Notes under the pieces: generated by a model
Told to the model about the DNA's origin: nothing
Databases searched by the model: none
The model's input: only the letters and a program-made list of their open reading frames with translations
DNA from: a virus
Length of the DNA stretch: 64,000 nt
Virus record (IMG/VR): IMGVR_UViG_3300025789_000020
Reading direction: 5' to 3' (one strand)
Shown here: positions 30,584-41,556 of the stretch, one piece after another
Numbering within the stretch: the first letter of the stretch is position 1
Layout of the letters: the number at the start of each line of letters is the position of its first letter
Position numbers and translations under genes: made by a program

Positions 30584-31087
30584 ATGTCAGTACAAATTAA
30601 ATTAAGAAGAGACACAGCCGCAAACTGGGCCAGTGTAAACCCTACATTAGCCGCTGGTGAACCTGGTCTTGAAACAGATACATTAAAAGTAAAATACGGT
30701 AACGGTAGTAGTGCATGGAACAGTTTAAATTATGCTAGTAATCCAACAGGTAACAGTTATACATTGCCTACAGCTACTACTAGCATCCTCGGCGGTGTTA
30801 AAATTGACGGAACGAGTATTACTATCAATGGTAGCGGTGTTATCACAGCTAACAATACATACACATTACCAACCGCAGGCATTAGCTCATTAGGTGTTTT
30901 AGGCGGAGTTAAAGTAGACGGTTCAACAATTACAATTAATAATGGTGTTATTAGTGCTAATGCAATTTCTGCACCAGCTACTGCAACTAGCACCGGAGTA
31001 CAAGGACAAATTGCATATGACAGTACGCACATATACATATGCATTGCAACTAACAGTTGGATTAGAGCTAGCGCGGCTGCCTGGTAA
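30584..31087 (+). CDS. Fibre protein with Mtd_N/hyaluronidase-N-like anchor domain
   Basis: IKLRRDTAANW...NPTLAAGEPGLETDT...K.GNG...WN.L.Y; C-terminal G..GQIAYD...Y.C.ATNSW.R. Confidence 0.75.
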   Translation: MSVQIKLRRDTAANWASVNPTLAAGEPGLETDTLKVKYGNGSSAWNSLNYASNPTGNSYTLPTATTSILGGVKIDGTSITINGSGVITANNTYTLPTAGISSLGVLGGVKVDGSTITINNGVISANAISAPATATSTGVQGQIAYDSTHIYICIATNSWIRASAAAW

Positions 31088-31102
31088 TCATAGGAATATT
31101 TT

Positions 31103-32233
31103 ATGAGTTTTAGTTTTCCATTAAGTCCATCATTAAATCAAACGTACTCATATGGCGGTACTACATGGATCTATAATGGATCAGCTTGGGGTGTTCAAGC
31201 TAGTTCAGCCGGCAGTTTGCTCAGTGCAGATGGAACTAGTATTATTAATACTAGTAATGTACTAAGTGCAAGTTCTAGCAATATAAAAGCCATTGCCGCT
31301 AATTTACTTACAAGCGGAACTTCAACTGGTATAACATTTAGCTATAATAGCGGAACTGGTTTATTAACTAGTACTGTTACAGGCACACAACAACAAGCAG
31401 GTATATCGGGAGTAACTGTACAAAATGCAGGAACTACTCAAGGGTCTGCAAGTGCAGTCACTACTTTAAATTTTACAGGTACTGGAGTATCGTCAGCCAG
31501 CGTATCTGGAAGTGTTGCAACTATCACAGTTAACAGTACTGCGTATACATTACCAACTGCAAGCATATTTACACTAGGCGGTGTTAAAGTAGATGGTACA
31601 ACTATTACAGTTAATGGTAGTGGAGTAATTAGTGCAGTTAACAGTTATACATTGCCTACAGCTACAACTAGTGCATTAGGTGGTGTTAAAGTAGACGGTA
31701 CAAGTATTACAATTAACAACAGTGTAATTAGCGCATTACAATACAGTCTTCCAATAGCAACTACTAACACATTAGGTGGTGTTAAAGTAGACGGTACAAG
31801 TATTACAATTAACAATGGTATAATTAGTTCATCCGGAGGAGCATCTAGCGGATTATCTAGTAGAAAATCTATAAGTGTTTCATCAATAACATTGCCAGCT
31901 GGCACTAGTGGAACTTACACAGTTACTGGGTTTAAAGGCTATGCATTGTACAGTGTGCAAACTTCATCAGCGGCCTGGGTTGTAATCTATAATAGTCTAG
32001 CATCTATGGCGGCAGATGCTAGTCGAAGCATTACTACAGATCCTACATCTAGTAGTGGAGTTGTTGCAGAAATTATAACAACATCTGGAACTACACAAAC
32101 TTATACGCCGGCGGCAGTTGGATTTAGTGCAGAGTCTACACCAACAACTACTATTCCTTTAAAAATATACAACAACGGTTCGAGCAGTGCCATAATAACT
32201 GTTACACTAACATTAGTTCAGTTGGAGGTTTAA
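31103..32233 (+). CDS. Virion fibre protein
   Basis: N-terminal FP.SP......W.YNG.AW; three YTLP.A...LGGVKVDG repeats. Confidence 0.65.
   Translation: MSFSFPLSPSLNQTYSYGGTTWIYNGSAWGVQASSAGSLLSADGTSIINTSNVLSASSSNIKAIAANLLTSGTSTGITFSYNSGTGLLTSTVTGTQQQAGISGVTVQNAGTTQGSASAVTTLNFTGTGVSSASVSGSVATITVNSTAYTLPTASIFTLGGVKVDGTTITVNGSGVISAVNSYTLPTATTSALGGVKVDGTSITINNSVISALQYSLPIATTNTLGGVKVDGTSITINNGIISSSGGASSGLSSRKSISVSSITLPAGTSGTYTVTGFKGYALYSVQTSSAAWVVIYNSLASMAADASRSITTDPTSSSGVVAEIITTSGTTQTYTPAAVGFSAESTPTTTIPLKIYNNGSSSAIITVTLTLVQLEV
31674..31815 (+). repeat. 46-bp perfect direct repeat (31674-31719 and 31770-31815) within the LGGVKVDGT repeats
   Basis: cattaggtggtgttaaagtagacggtacaagtattacaattaacaa occurs twice, 96 bp apart. 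Confidence 0.85.
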
Positions 32234-32234
32234 G

Positions 32235-33848
32235 ATGGCTACAGTTAATAAGAATACTAACGACATTATAATGATTAGTCTGTATCTAGTAAGAGATACA
32301 CATGACAACGGAATGACCTTACAAGAATATGCAGATGGCGTACTAGTCGGAGACCAACCAATATTAGGGCATGAAGAATTTGTTTATCAATTTGGAGCAA
32401 CTGATGCTAACCTGCAATTTGTAATAGCTTGGGCTCAATCAAACGATCTTATTATATACGAAGCTCATCATGGACAAAGTGTTGTAAAAGTTGAAGGCAC
32501 TGTTGGCACATTTAACAGATTGTTTAATATTGTACTGCAAGATGTTACTGATGCTGATAGAACTTATATGATGCCTAATGTTGCGCCGACAATCCCTGCA
32601 CAACTTATTGGAATTGTTGAAAGTGTTCCAGGGTTTGATCAAAGTTTTTTAGCAGTTAAACATTTAAAAATTGCAGACGCAGAAATTGCTAATCCAGACA
32701 CAGCAGTAACTCCGGTACAAATGGCGACTGCTTATAATATTCCGGGGAGCAATGCCTTCGGAGCCTGCATTGGAATCTTTGAATTAACCTATAGTGGAAG
32801 TCCAGAAGGGTGGCAACAACCTGATGTTACTGCTAGTTTTAATCGTATTGGTGCAGTAGCTCCTACTATCGTTACAATTAATGTAGATTCAGCAGTAGTA
32901 AATTCAACATCAACTGCAGAAACTATGCTGGACATATATTGTGCAGGAGCAGTAGCACAAAAAGCAAAAATAGCATACTATATTGCTCCAAATGGCGGAA
33001 CACAATACATTATAGATTGTATTAATGCTACGGCAAATGATACAACTAACAATCCATCTGCTTTAGGTATTAGTTGGGGACTTGGAGATACTACCGCATA
33101 CGATTCAGCATTTCAAGCCTGCGTTGCAAAAGGAATAACAGTTTTTGTTAGTAGCGGAGACAGTGGTGCAGACAATCTAAGTGTGTCGGCAAGTTGCACT
33201 AGTCAATACATAGTTAGTGCTGGCGGCACAACTATAACGTTGAACAGCAGTAATCAAATTACAAATGAAGTTGCATGGAGTGGGAGTGGCGGTGGAATTA
33301 GTACCGTAGTTAGTTTACCGAGTTGGCAAACTGGCTTAAAAGCATCTACTAAAACAGTTAGTACAACCGGTACTCCTACTGTAATTACTAAGCGAGGAAT
33401 TCCGGATATAAGTGCTCCTGCTGATCCTAACTCGGGATATCAGTTTTACATTGGCGGTACTAGTAGTGCTCAAGGTAGTTTCGTACAATATGGCGGAACA
33501 AGCGCGGCAGCGCCTTTACTTGCAGGTATATGGGCTAGATTAAACCAACAATTAGGTAAGCGTATTCCATTTAATATGTCTACGTGGTATACTTACAGCA
33601 CACAACAGTCGGGAACAGTTCCTACTCCAAACTTGTTTAATGATATTACTAGCGGTGATAACAGAGACGGGTATACAACCGGGTATGCAACAACCGTTGG
33701 ATGGGATCCAGTTACTGGTGTAGGTAGTCCTAAGGTAGATCAAATCTATCAATATTTTCATACAGGACCAACATTTCCTAAACAAAACTACGGATTTAGA
33801 CCAGCGGCAGGAGCAACATATCCAAGACGTAGTTCAGGAGTAAGGTAA
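32235..33848 (+). CDS. S53 family serine-carboxyl peptidase (sedolisin/kumamolisin) with pro-domain
   Basis: E-x3-D (ETMLD), ISWG, SSGDSG, PDISA.AD, GGTSAAAP, and the Ca-site DITSGDN...GWDPVTG.GSP; N-terminal pro-kumamolisin-like region. Confidence 0.9.
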   Translation: MATVNKNTNDIIMISLYLVRDTHDNGMTLQEYADGVLVGDQPILGHEEFVYQFGATDANLQFVIAWAQSNDLIIYEAHHGQSVVKVEGTVGTFNRLFNIVLQDVTDADRTYMMPNVAPTIPAQLIGIVESVPGFDQSFLAVKHLKIADAEIANPDTAVTPVQMATAYNIPGSNAFGACIGIFELTYSGSPEGWQQPDVTASFNRIGAVAPTIVTINVDSAVVNSTSTAETMLDIYCAGAVAQKAKIAYYIAPNGGTQYIIDCINATANDTTNNPSALGISWGLGDTTAYDSAFQACVAKGITVFVSSGDSGADNLSVSASCTSQYIVSAGGTTITLNSSNQITNEVAWSGSGGGISTVVSLPSWQTGLKASTKTVSTTGTPTVITKRGIPDISAPADPNSGYQFYIGGTSSAQGSFVQYGGTSAAAPLLAGIWARLNQQLGKRIPFNMSTWYTYSTQQSGTVPTPNLFNDITSGDNRDGYTTGYATTVGWDPVTGVGSPKVDQIYQYFHTGPTFPKQNYGFRPAAGATYPRRSSGVR

Positions 33849-33897
33849 TAATCGTGTGCTTTAAAGTTCGGGTAAATACATACTAATAGGAACAGAG

Positions 33898-34416
33898 ATG
33901 ACATTTGTTGTAAATCAAAAATATCTAAGATCAGAGTCTGGATTTGAAAGTCCAGGATTTACTGTCGATTCTGCTGGCAATGTTAATACATTGTCAAGTT
34001 TTCTAATATCGGGAAATTCTGTTATTAGTAGTAATACGCTTGGTAGCGGCATCCTAAACAGTAGCCTAACTAAGCTAGGAACTTTATCTAGTTTATTAGT
34101 TGGCGGTAACGCACAAATTTCTGGCGGTAGTGCAGTAACTATTAGTGCAACTGGTGTAGTTGCTATAAGTGCAGGAACAAATTTAAATTTATCAGGCACA
34201 ACTGTTGCAATTTCTTCAGGTAGTACTGGTACAATTAATAACATAGCAATCGGAAATAGTGTTCCAGCCGCAGGCACATTTACATCACTAACAACAACAT
34301 CAATGATAGCAACTGGGACTGTTACAGTTCCAACCCCTACAGCGTCTACCCAGGCAACAAACAAAAAATACGTAGATAGTAAAGCATCTGCGCTAGCAAT
34401 TGCGCTAGGTGCATAA
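33898..34416 (+). CDS. Virion structural protein (172 aa)
   Basis: TAAATA upstream; SSLT.LGTL..L, A.NKKYVD and terminal AIALG motifs. Confidence 0.6.
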   Translation: MTFVVNQKYLRSESGFESPGFTVDSAGNVNTLSSFLISGNSVISSNTLGSGILNSSLTKLGTLSSLLVGGNAQISGGSAVTISATGVVAISAGTNLNLSGTTVAISSGSTGTINNIAIGNSVPAAGTFTSLTTTSMIATGTVTVPTPTASTQATNKKYVDSKASALAIALGA

Positions 34417-34429
34417 CGGAGAATTATGA

Positions 34430-37400
34430 ATGGCTAAGAAGAGAATACAGAATTATGTTTTTTTACCAGGAGTTGCAAGCAGTAGTAATGCTTATCCAAA
34501 TGCATACTCGTTAATAAACAGTAATTTAAATTTTATTACGAATGAAGCAACAGCATGGATTGCTAACCAAGTAACAACAAATTCTGCACTAAGCGTTTAT
34601 CCAAATGCAGTTGCATTATTAAAAAATAATCAAACGTTTATTGTACAAGAAATATCTGCTTGGATTACAGCTCAAATCGCAGGCGCAGGCGTTGGCACTA
34701 CATTTTATGGATACAGCTATACTTCGACAATTATTGCAAAGTGTTTACGAGATACTGGTTATCTAGTTACAGCATTGATACAAGATGTACAGTGGGGCGG
34801 GAACGAAAATGTTAGTTATGTTGCTAGCCAATATTACCTAAGTGGCGTTCTTCAAATTGTTAATACCCCAGTTGAACTTGCAATACAAACTCAATTATGG
34901 AATATTATTAGTAATTATATTCTTAAAAAAGTAGCATATACTAGTCAACAAAATCCTGTAACAAGTACACAAAATCTTACAGGCACCGTTGCAGAAACAG
35001 CCGCTCAAACTCAAGTTACTGGTCTTTCAACTTATATTAGCAATGTAATTACAGGTGGCCTAAGCACACTACCATCGATTGTATACCCAACATACCCATT
35101 TACAAATTATATTTACGATAGTGCTAAATGTCAGCGAGACATTGGATTTGTATTAGGTGCTTACTTAAATGATTTGCGTTATGGCGGAAACTATCAAATT
35201 AGTTTAATCGCTAGCAGATATTGGAGTAAAGGTTACCCTCAAATTACTGGCGATCGTAGAGCAGAAATATTAACGCATCAATTTATTGCTACATTAATTA
35301 ATAATTATATTATTACTCAATCAGCATACCCTTCACCTTACCAAACAGCTTATCCTATCCAACAAAATGCTAACATAGTTGGAGAAGTTGCTGCCGAGAC
35401 TGTAATTACTACGCTGTCAGGAATATTAACTAGTGTAATAACTAATGGTACAACAGCATTGCCTACACTAGTTAATGGTGTTACTACTGTTAAAGTTCAA
35501 GGAAAATATAAACTCGATACTATATTGTTAATTACTAATACTACTAACAACACAATTTTATATAACTTTGCAGACAATTCACATTCAGCTAGAGTTTCAT
35601 ATTCAGGAACATACGACAGCAATGGTACATTCCCAGATTTAGATTTTCCTCAGTTTATTCAAACAGCCGACTACGTAACTACAATTGCATTTGACATTAA
35701 CACGTCAACATATTCTAGTACTGATGATGTGCAGATATTTGTTGAAGATCCGGTAACTCGTACACGCCCGTATGACTTTGGAACAGATGCTATTGAACGC
35801 CAACGTACAGCTAACCCGCAATCAATGATTGATGCTGACTTTGAGTACGGACTACAACCTACCAAGTGGCAAGCTCTTGGAATAGCAAGAGGATATCCGT
35901 CAATTTATGAATTGCCTGGAACAGATATTGCTGTTAGCACAGTCCAAACAGATGCATCAACAGGTACTAGTGGTGTTGGTGCAAGTTTAATTACTGTAAC
36001 CACTGTAAGTGCGCACGGACTAACAGTAGGTCAACCATTTACAATTTCAGCATTTGCTAACTCAGTAGCAGGTTTTGCTCGTGCAGAAGGATCATTTATT
36101 GTATTTGCTACACCTACAATAACTACATTTACCTATTATGCTACATCAAAAGTAGGTGCAAACAACGGCGATGTTCTAAGTAGTACCTATACTCAATTAC
36201 GCAAAGGTCAATTTTATACTGGAGCTTCAATCGGATCTCCAACATTCAGTGTGTACTCAAATGGTACTACTGGTACAATAACTAGCAAATTTATTACATC
36301 CACAGGCACTCAACAGATAGCATACACTGGAACATTACCACCAGCAGGTGTGCCAATAACTGGAACTGGAATACCATCTGGGGTTCAGGTTAGCGGTACC
36401 ATAGGATCAGGTGGCTTAGTTACTACTGCCACTGTACTTACAGATACAAACATTGGTGATAACAACTTTACAGTTGTTGACCCAACTGGTATTATAGAAG
36501 GACTTGGTATTGATAATGGTTCTGGAACTGCGGTGTTTGTCAACGCGGTAATCGGTAGCACAATTTATGTTAATAATCCGTTAACTACTGCAAGAATTGG
36601 GTCTGTGGCAACATTTACCAACGTAGGTGGAACTAATATTGTAGGTGTCGGTTCAGGTGCAGTATTTACAGTTACACGTACCTCTGGAGCATACGGATCA
36701 GTAACTCCAACTACAGCTGGTACAGGATATGTTGTTGGTAAACAAATTATTATACTTGGTACAAGTTTAGGTGGGACTAGTCCTGCTAATGATATTACTG
36801 TAGTTGTTGCAACTATTGATGGCAGCGGCGGAGTAGCAACATTAACTTATAGTGGAACTAGTATCAGTGGTGAATTGTCATTTACCAATGTTGGACAAAG
36901 TAGTACTACTGGTTCAGGTATAAATGCTAAATTTTCAATTAGCACCAGCGCAACAACTTATAATGTTTTAGAAAGTGCCATTGGTTCTGGTTATGTACTA
37001 AATGAAGTACTTACTATATTAGGTACAAGTTTAGGCGGAACTACTCCAGGAAATGATTTATCAATTACAGTTACTTCAATAAATGGCGCAGGCGCAATTA
37101 CAAGTTTTTCATCATCCGGCGTTGCCATTAGTCCTAATGCAACATTTACTAATATAACTAGTACTAGTTCTGTAGGCACTGGCACAGGTGCTACATTTGA
37201 CATTACTAGAACTAGCGGAGTGTATTCAGCTGTACAAAATCAAACTGGTACTAATTATCAAATTGGCGATAGAATTAAAGTTTTAGGAACTGTACTCGAC
37301 GGAGCTACAACTGCTAATGATGTGACAATTACTATTACTGCGGTCACAGGCACAGCAGTAGGCGGCTTTACAATATCAGGAACAGCTACTAGCGGATCTA

Positions 37401-40400
37401 GTGTTGCATTTTATTCTAGTGTTTCATTAAGTGATTTTACAACAGCAAATATTCCAGATAGTACTACACTAACTACAGCGGCAATTTCAAAGATTCAAAT
37501 CGCATTTGCTAGTAATCATGGACTTGTTCCTGGAACTAGTATGTTAATTAATATTAGTTCAACTGGTACTAATCACACATTTGCTAAAGGTCCATTCTTT
37601 GTTGAACAAGTACCTACACCAACGACTATAATTTATACTGCTAGAACCGCAGGAGCAATTGACACTGGAACAACATTAATTGGTTCAGTATATGCTCGAC
37701 CAAACAGCTTCTTTACACACAGACCATTTGATGGCGGTGTACAATTAGGTACTGGCGGTCCGCAACACTCTGCGCAAGCAATTCGTATGAGTAAGAAATA
37801 TATTCGTTATCAGTCTGGTAAAGGTATTATGTTTACTACAGGTGCATTGTTTGCACCTAGCTTTGATATTCAATCTTTAACGGCAACTGGGACAGCAGTT
37901 GGATCATTTATTAGTTTAACAACAGATGATACTGACCACGGTTGTCAAACAGGCGGATATATTAAAATTGTTGGAGTTGATACTCCAGGTTACAACGGGA
38001 CATATATTGTTGATAGCATAACTAGCGAACGTGTATTAGTCGTTAGAGCTATTACTGTATTAAGTAATGTCTATGCAACCATTACTACTAGTGCGCAAAT
38101 GACTGTATTAAGATGGTCAGGCGCAACTGTACGTTCAGGAACATTTGATGACCAAAATGGATTATTTTGGCAGTACGATGGACAGTATCTAAGCGTTGTG
38201 AAACGATCTAGTACATTTAAATTAGCTGGTACAGTTAATATTTCCCCTGACAGTAATCTAGTAACTGGATTGAATACTCGATTTAGAGATCAAACTAAAG
38301 CCGGCGATAGAATTACAATTAAAGGCATGACGCACGTAGTAACTAACGTACAGAGTCAGACTTCAATGACTGTTGCTCCTGACTATCGAGGTAACACTGC
38401 TTGCGTTTCTGGTAAAGCATGTTTGATAGTAGACACTATTGTACAACAGAGTCAATTTAATATGGATCGAATGGACGGCACAGGTCCTAGTGGATATAAC
38501 GTTGACATTGGTAAAATGCAGATGATTGGGCTACAATGGTCATGGTACGGCGCTGGATTTATTGACTTTATGATGCGAGGTAGTGATGGCAATTTTATTT
38601 TTGCGCACCGTATTCGTAACAGTAACGTAAACACCGAAGCTTATATGCGTACAGGTAACATGCCTGTGCGTTATGAAGTTATCAACGAAAGTGCTATAGG
38701 TAAACTGGCCAGTAGTATTACTGCTTCACAAACAACAATCCCATTATTGGATGCTACTTACTTTCCAACTGGTGCTGGTCAAGTGTATATTGACAATGAA
38801 CTGATATCATTTAGTGGAAAATCAGGCAATACATTAATTGGCTGTAATCGTGCAAGTGCTATGTTAAACTTTGTTGGCGGCGATAACAGAACTTTTACAG
38901 CTGGCCCTGCAACTACGCACGAAGTTAGTACTGGGGTCATATTAGTTAGTAATACAATTAGTCCAAACATTAGTCACTGGGGTAGTGCGTTTGTAACAGA
39001 CGGCGGCTTTGACTTTGATCGAGGATATTTGTTCAGTTATGCTTCGACAGGTATTGCAGTGTCAACTACTGTAGCCACTGCGTTCTTAATGAGACTAGCA
39101 CCTAGCGTTAGTGATGCTATTGTTGGAGACTTAGGCGATAGAGAGCTACTCAATCGTGCGCAGTTATTATTAAAACAGATTCGAGTTACATCTGACTCAG
39201 GAACTGGTGGTATCGTTATTCAAGGTATTATTAATCCTAGCAATTACCCAACTGACCCAGGATCCGTTACATGGGCTAGCTTGTCATCTCAGGCTGCTGG
39301 CGGACAACCTAGTTTTACTCAAGTAGCACCAGGTGGTTCTGTTAACTGGGCAGGTGGTGGATCAACTACTACTAGTACGGCTACTGTAATATCAGCACCA
39401 ACCGGTAATGTAACTATGCCATCTAGTGCATTGTTTAATCAAACTATTGGATCATATACGGTGTACGTGTCTAAAACTAGTTGGGATACATTAGGAGCGC
39501 AAGCTGGTTATTCTTTATCATCAGCTGAAGCTAAATTTCCATCTGGTACAACAATATCTACAGTGGTTGCAAACCCAAGCTCAATCGCTACAACATTGAC
39601 TCAAATTACTGGCTCGGCAACAATACCTACTAGTGCATATTTTAAAACAGCAGTTGGAGCAACAACCATAGCAATGCTACAAACTAGTTGGACAACCTTA
39701 GGCGGTAGTGTTGGAGTTGGCGTTTACAGTTCAGATTTTCCAGCTAATACAACTGTAACAGGTGTCACTGGTCCGTTTAGCTCGGCTGGATATTCTTATT
39801 ACAACGTAGCGTTTAGTGCTGGCGCTTCAACAGCTCATAATCCGGTAGTAACTACGTTAACAATTACTTCAATAGTTTATTCTAATCCAACAGTGACATT
39901 TGGATTTACCGCACAAACTTATACACCTTACAGTAACGGCGATAGTATTACTGTATCAGGACTAACAGGTACTGCGGCAGGTTATAATGGTACGTACACG
40001 GTAGTATCTTGTTCTACAACAACAGTACAAGTAAATCAAGCAACTAACTATGGTACTACTGTAGCTGGCACACCTCGAGTTGTTAACAATAATAGTCTAA
40101 GTACAATTACATTTGCAGTAGGCGGCACAGCCGCAAGTACAACTAGTACATTGATTTTTACGCAGGCTTCGTGGAATTCACTACCAATCGGTACAGCAGT
40201 TGTTGGCAACACAGTTAACGATCCGTTTAAACTTTCTGCCGGTACTGTAATTAGTACAATTAGTAATATTCAAACATTTAATAACGTTAGCTACTACACA
40301 GTAACATTTAGTAATCCATTATTGATAAATGTACCCGGTGGAACTGCTGTAACATTTACCTACATACCTTACTATACGTTAACTATGAGTAAACCATCAA

Positions 40401-41110
40401 GCGTTGCAGTTACCTATGCTACAGCATCAAGTTGTAGTTTTTCAGGAACTACATTAACTTTAGGTGGAACTGTTGTGGGCACGTTCTCAATAGGAATGAC
40501 ATTAACAGGTTCTGGGGTTTCAACTGGCGCAGTTATAACTGCAGGTAGCGGAACAACTTGGACTGTATCGCCAAGTCAGTCTACACTGTCAGGGGTTGCA
40601 ATTACAGCTACTCCATATTTGTCAGTAACACCTGCAATTGTGTCATCAACATCAAGTTTCCAATACTTTTCTCAAACTACTTGGGAAACATTAGTTGCAA
40701 GTTATGGTGCAACTGTTGGTACACTAGTTGTAACCCCTACATACTTTCCAGCTAACACTACTATATCAAGTGTAAGCTCATTAAGTTCATTTGGTGGTAC
40801 TAATTATTATAGACTTAACTTTACACAGAGTGCGTTAAGTACTATACCAAACAGCACTGCAATTACATTCTCCTTTGGTTTACCGGCATATGCACAGCCG
40901 GGAGAAACAGTATTTCAGTACATTGCGGCGCCTGGTACAGAAGCGGTGTTAGATTTAAATGAATTGAAAGAATTAACTAATACTACGTTAGGCGGTAGAG
41001 GATGTTTCCCAAATGGTCCAGACGTTCTATGTATTAACTTGTATCGACCATCAGGTTCTGGAACTATTAATGCCAACGTGTTAATACGTTGGGGTGAAGC
41101 ACAGGCTTAA
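34430..41110 (+). CDS. Large virion structural protein (2226 aa) with two CxRD helical modules and a probable lectin/ConA-like core
   Basis: SD GGAG; ADFEYGLQPTKW, YIRYQSGKG, WSWYGAG motifs; Thr/Gly-rich repeats. Confidence 0.65.
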   Translation: MAKKRIQNYVFLPGVASSSNAYPNAYSLINSNLNFITNEATAWIANQVTTNSALSVYPNAVALLKNNQTFIVQEISAWITAQIAGAGVGTTFYGYSYTSTIIAKCLRDTGYLVTALIQDVQWGGNENVSYVASQYYLSGVLQIVNTPVELAIQTQLWNIISNYILKKVAYTSQQNPVTSTQNLTGTVAETAAQTQVTGLSTYISNVITGGLSTLPSIVYPTYPFTNYIYDSAKCQRDIGFVLGAYLNDLRYGGNYQISLIASRYWSKGYPQITGDRRAEILTHQFIATLINNYIITQSAYPSPYQTAYPIQQNANIVGEVAAETVITTLSGILTSVITNGTTALPTLVNGVTTVKVQGKYKLDTILLITNTTNNTILYNFADNSHSARVSYSGTYDSNGTFPDLDFPQFIQTADYVTTIAFDINTSTYSSTDDVQIFVEDPVTRTRPYDFGTDAIERQRTANPQSMIDADFEYGLQPTKWQALGIARGYPSIYELPGTDIAVSTVQTDASTGTSGVGASLITVTTVSAHGLTVGQPFTISAFANSVAGFARAEGSFIVFATPTITTFTYYATSKVGANNGDVLSSTYTQLRKGQFYTGASIGSPTFSVYSNGTTGTITSKFITSTGTQQIAYTGTLPPAGVPITGTGIPSGVQVSGTIGSGGLVTTATVLTDTNIGDNNFTVVDPTGIIEGLGIDNGSGTAVFVNAVIGSTIYVNNPLTTARIGSVATFTNVGGTNIVGVGSGAVFTVTRTSGAYGSVTPTTAGTGYVVGKQIIILGTSLGGTSPANDITVVVATIDGSGGVATLTYSGTSISGELSFTNVGQSSTTGSGINAKFSISTSATTYNVLESAIGSGYVLNEVLTILGTSLGGTTPGNDLSITVTSINGAGAITSFSSSGVAISPNATFTNITSTSSVGTGTGATFDITRTSGVYSAVQNQTGTNYQIGDRIKVLGTVLDGATTANDVTITITAVTGTAVGGFTISGTATSGSSVAFYSSVSLSDFTTANIPDSTTLTTAAISKIQIAFASNHGLVPGTSMLINISSTGTNHTFAKGPFFVEQVPTPTTIIYTARTAGAIDTGTTLIGSVYARPNSFFTHRPFDGGVQLGTGGPQHSAQAIRMSKKYIRYQSGKGIMFTTGALFAPSFDIQSLTATGTAVGSFISLTTDDTDHGCQTGGYIKIVGVDTPGYNGTYIVDSITSERVLVVRAITVLSNVYATITTSAQMTVLRWSGATVRSGTFDDQNGLFWQYDGQYLSVVKRSSTFKLAGTVNISPDSNLVTGLNTRFRDQTKAGDRITIKGMTHVVTNVQSQTSMTVAPDYRGNTACVSGKACLIVDTIVQQSQFNMDRMDGTGPSGYNVDIGKMQMIGLQWSWYGAGFIDFMMRGSDGNFIFAHRIRNSNVNTEAYMRTGNMPVRYEVINESAIGKLASSITASQTTIPLLDATYFPTGAGQVYIDNELISFSGKSGNTLIGCNRASAMLNFVGGDNRTFTAGPATTHEVSTGVILVSNTISPNISHWGSAFVTDGGFDFDRGYLFSYASTGIAVSTTVATAFLMRLAPSVSDAIVGDLGDRELLNRAQLLLKQIRVTSDSGTGGIVIQGIINPSNYPTDPGSVTWASLSSQAAGGQPSFTQVAPGGSVNWAGGGSTTTSTATVISAPTGNVTMPSSALFNQTIGSYTVYVSKTSWDTLGAQAGYSLSSAEAKFPSGTTISTVVANPSSIATTLTQITGSATIPTSAYFKTAVGATTIAMLQTSWTTLGGSVGVGVYSSDFPANTTVTGVTGPFSSAGYSYYNVAFSAGASTAHNPVVTTLTITSIVYSNPTVTFGFTAQTYTPYSNGDSITVSGLTGTAAGYNGTYTVVSCSTTTVQVNQATNYGTTVAGTPRVVNNNSLSTITFAVGGTAASTTSTLIFTQASWNSLPIGTAVVGNTVNDPFKLSAGTVISTISNIQTFNNVSYYTVTFSNPLLINVPGGTAVTFTYIPYYTLTMSKPSSVAVTYATASSCSFSGTTLTLGGTVVGTFSIGMTLTGSGVSTGAVITAGSGTTWTVSPSQSTLSGVAITATPYLSVTPAIVSSTSSFQYFSQTTWETLVASYGATVGTLVVTPTYFPANTTISSVSSLSSFGGTNYYRLNFTQSALSTIPNSTAITFSFGLPAYAQPGETVFQYIAAPGTEAVLDLNELKELTNTTLGGRGCFPNGPDVLCINLYRPSGSGTINANVLIRWGEAQA

Positions 41111-41556
41111 ATTAAAGCTATCAAATCAAAAACTGTTTGCAACTTTGTTCGAATGGTCTTATTTGAAAAACTATTTCTTAAACCTTGATGTAAGGGCTTA
41201 GGTGCATGGTCAATTCCAGACCATGCCCAAGCACAGTGCTCATCACTTAATGTAGGAATAAACTCATCTTCAATTACACACAAATACGTGTGGAAATTAA
41301 ACACATTATCATTTGATACAAATGTTTCTAGAGGAATTGTTTTAATAATAGGAGGCATATGTCCTATTTCTTCTTGGACTTCTCGTTGTAGTCCCTGCCA
41401 TGGGGTTTCACCGCTAACTGTTGTACCGCCTACTAGTCCCCATGTACCAGTATGCTTGCCGTGAGCTTTTTGTAAGAGTAAAAAACGTCGTGTAGATTTA
41501 GCATATAGTAGTGCTCCGCTACATACAATCTGTTCTTTTATAGTTCTATTCTCCAT
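41107..41556 (-). CDS. Nudix hydrolase
   Basis: Canonical box G-x5-E-x7-REVQEEIG. Confidence 0.9.
   Translation of the reverse strand: MENRTIKEQIVCSGALLYAKSTRRFLLLQKAHGKHTGTWGLVGGTTVSGETPWQGLQREVQEEIGHMPPIIKTIPLETFVSNDNVFNFHTYLCVIEDEFIPTLSDEHCAWAWSGIDHAPKPLHQGLRNSFSNKTIRTKLQTVFDLIALI

Noticed and set aside
30584-31087. Diversity-generating retroelement suggested by the Mtd_N-like domain
   Set aside because: Only the anchor domain is present; no reverse transcriptase and no adenine-variant TR/VR pair seen in the window.
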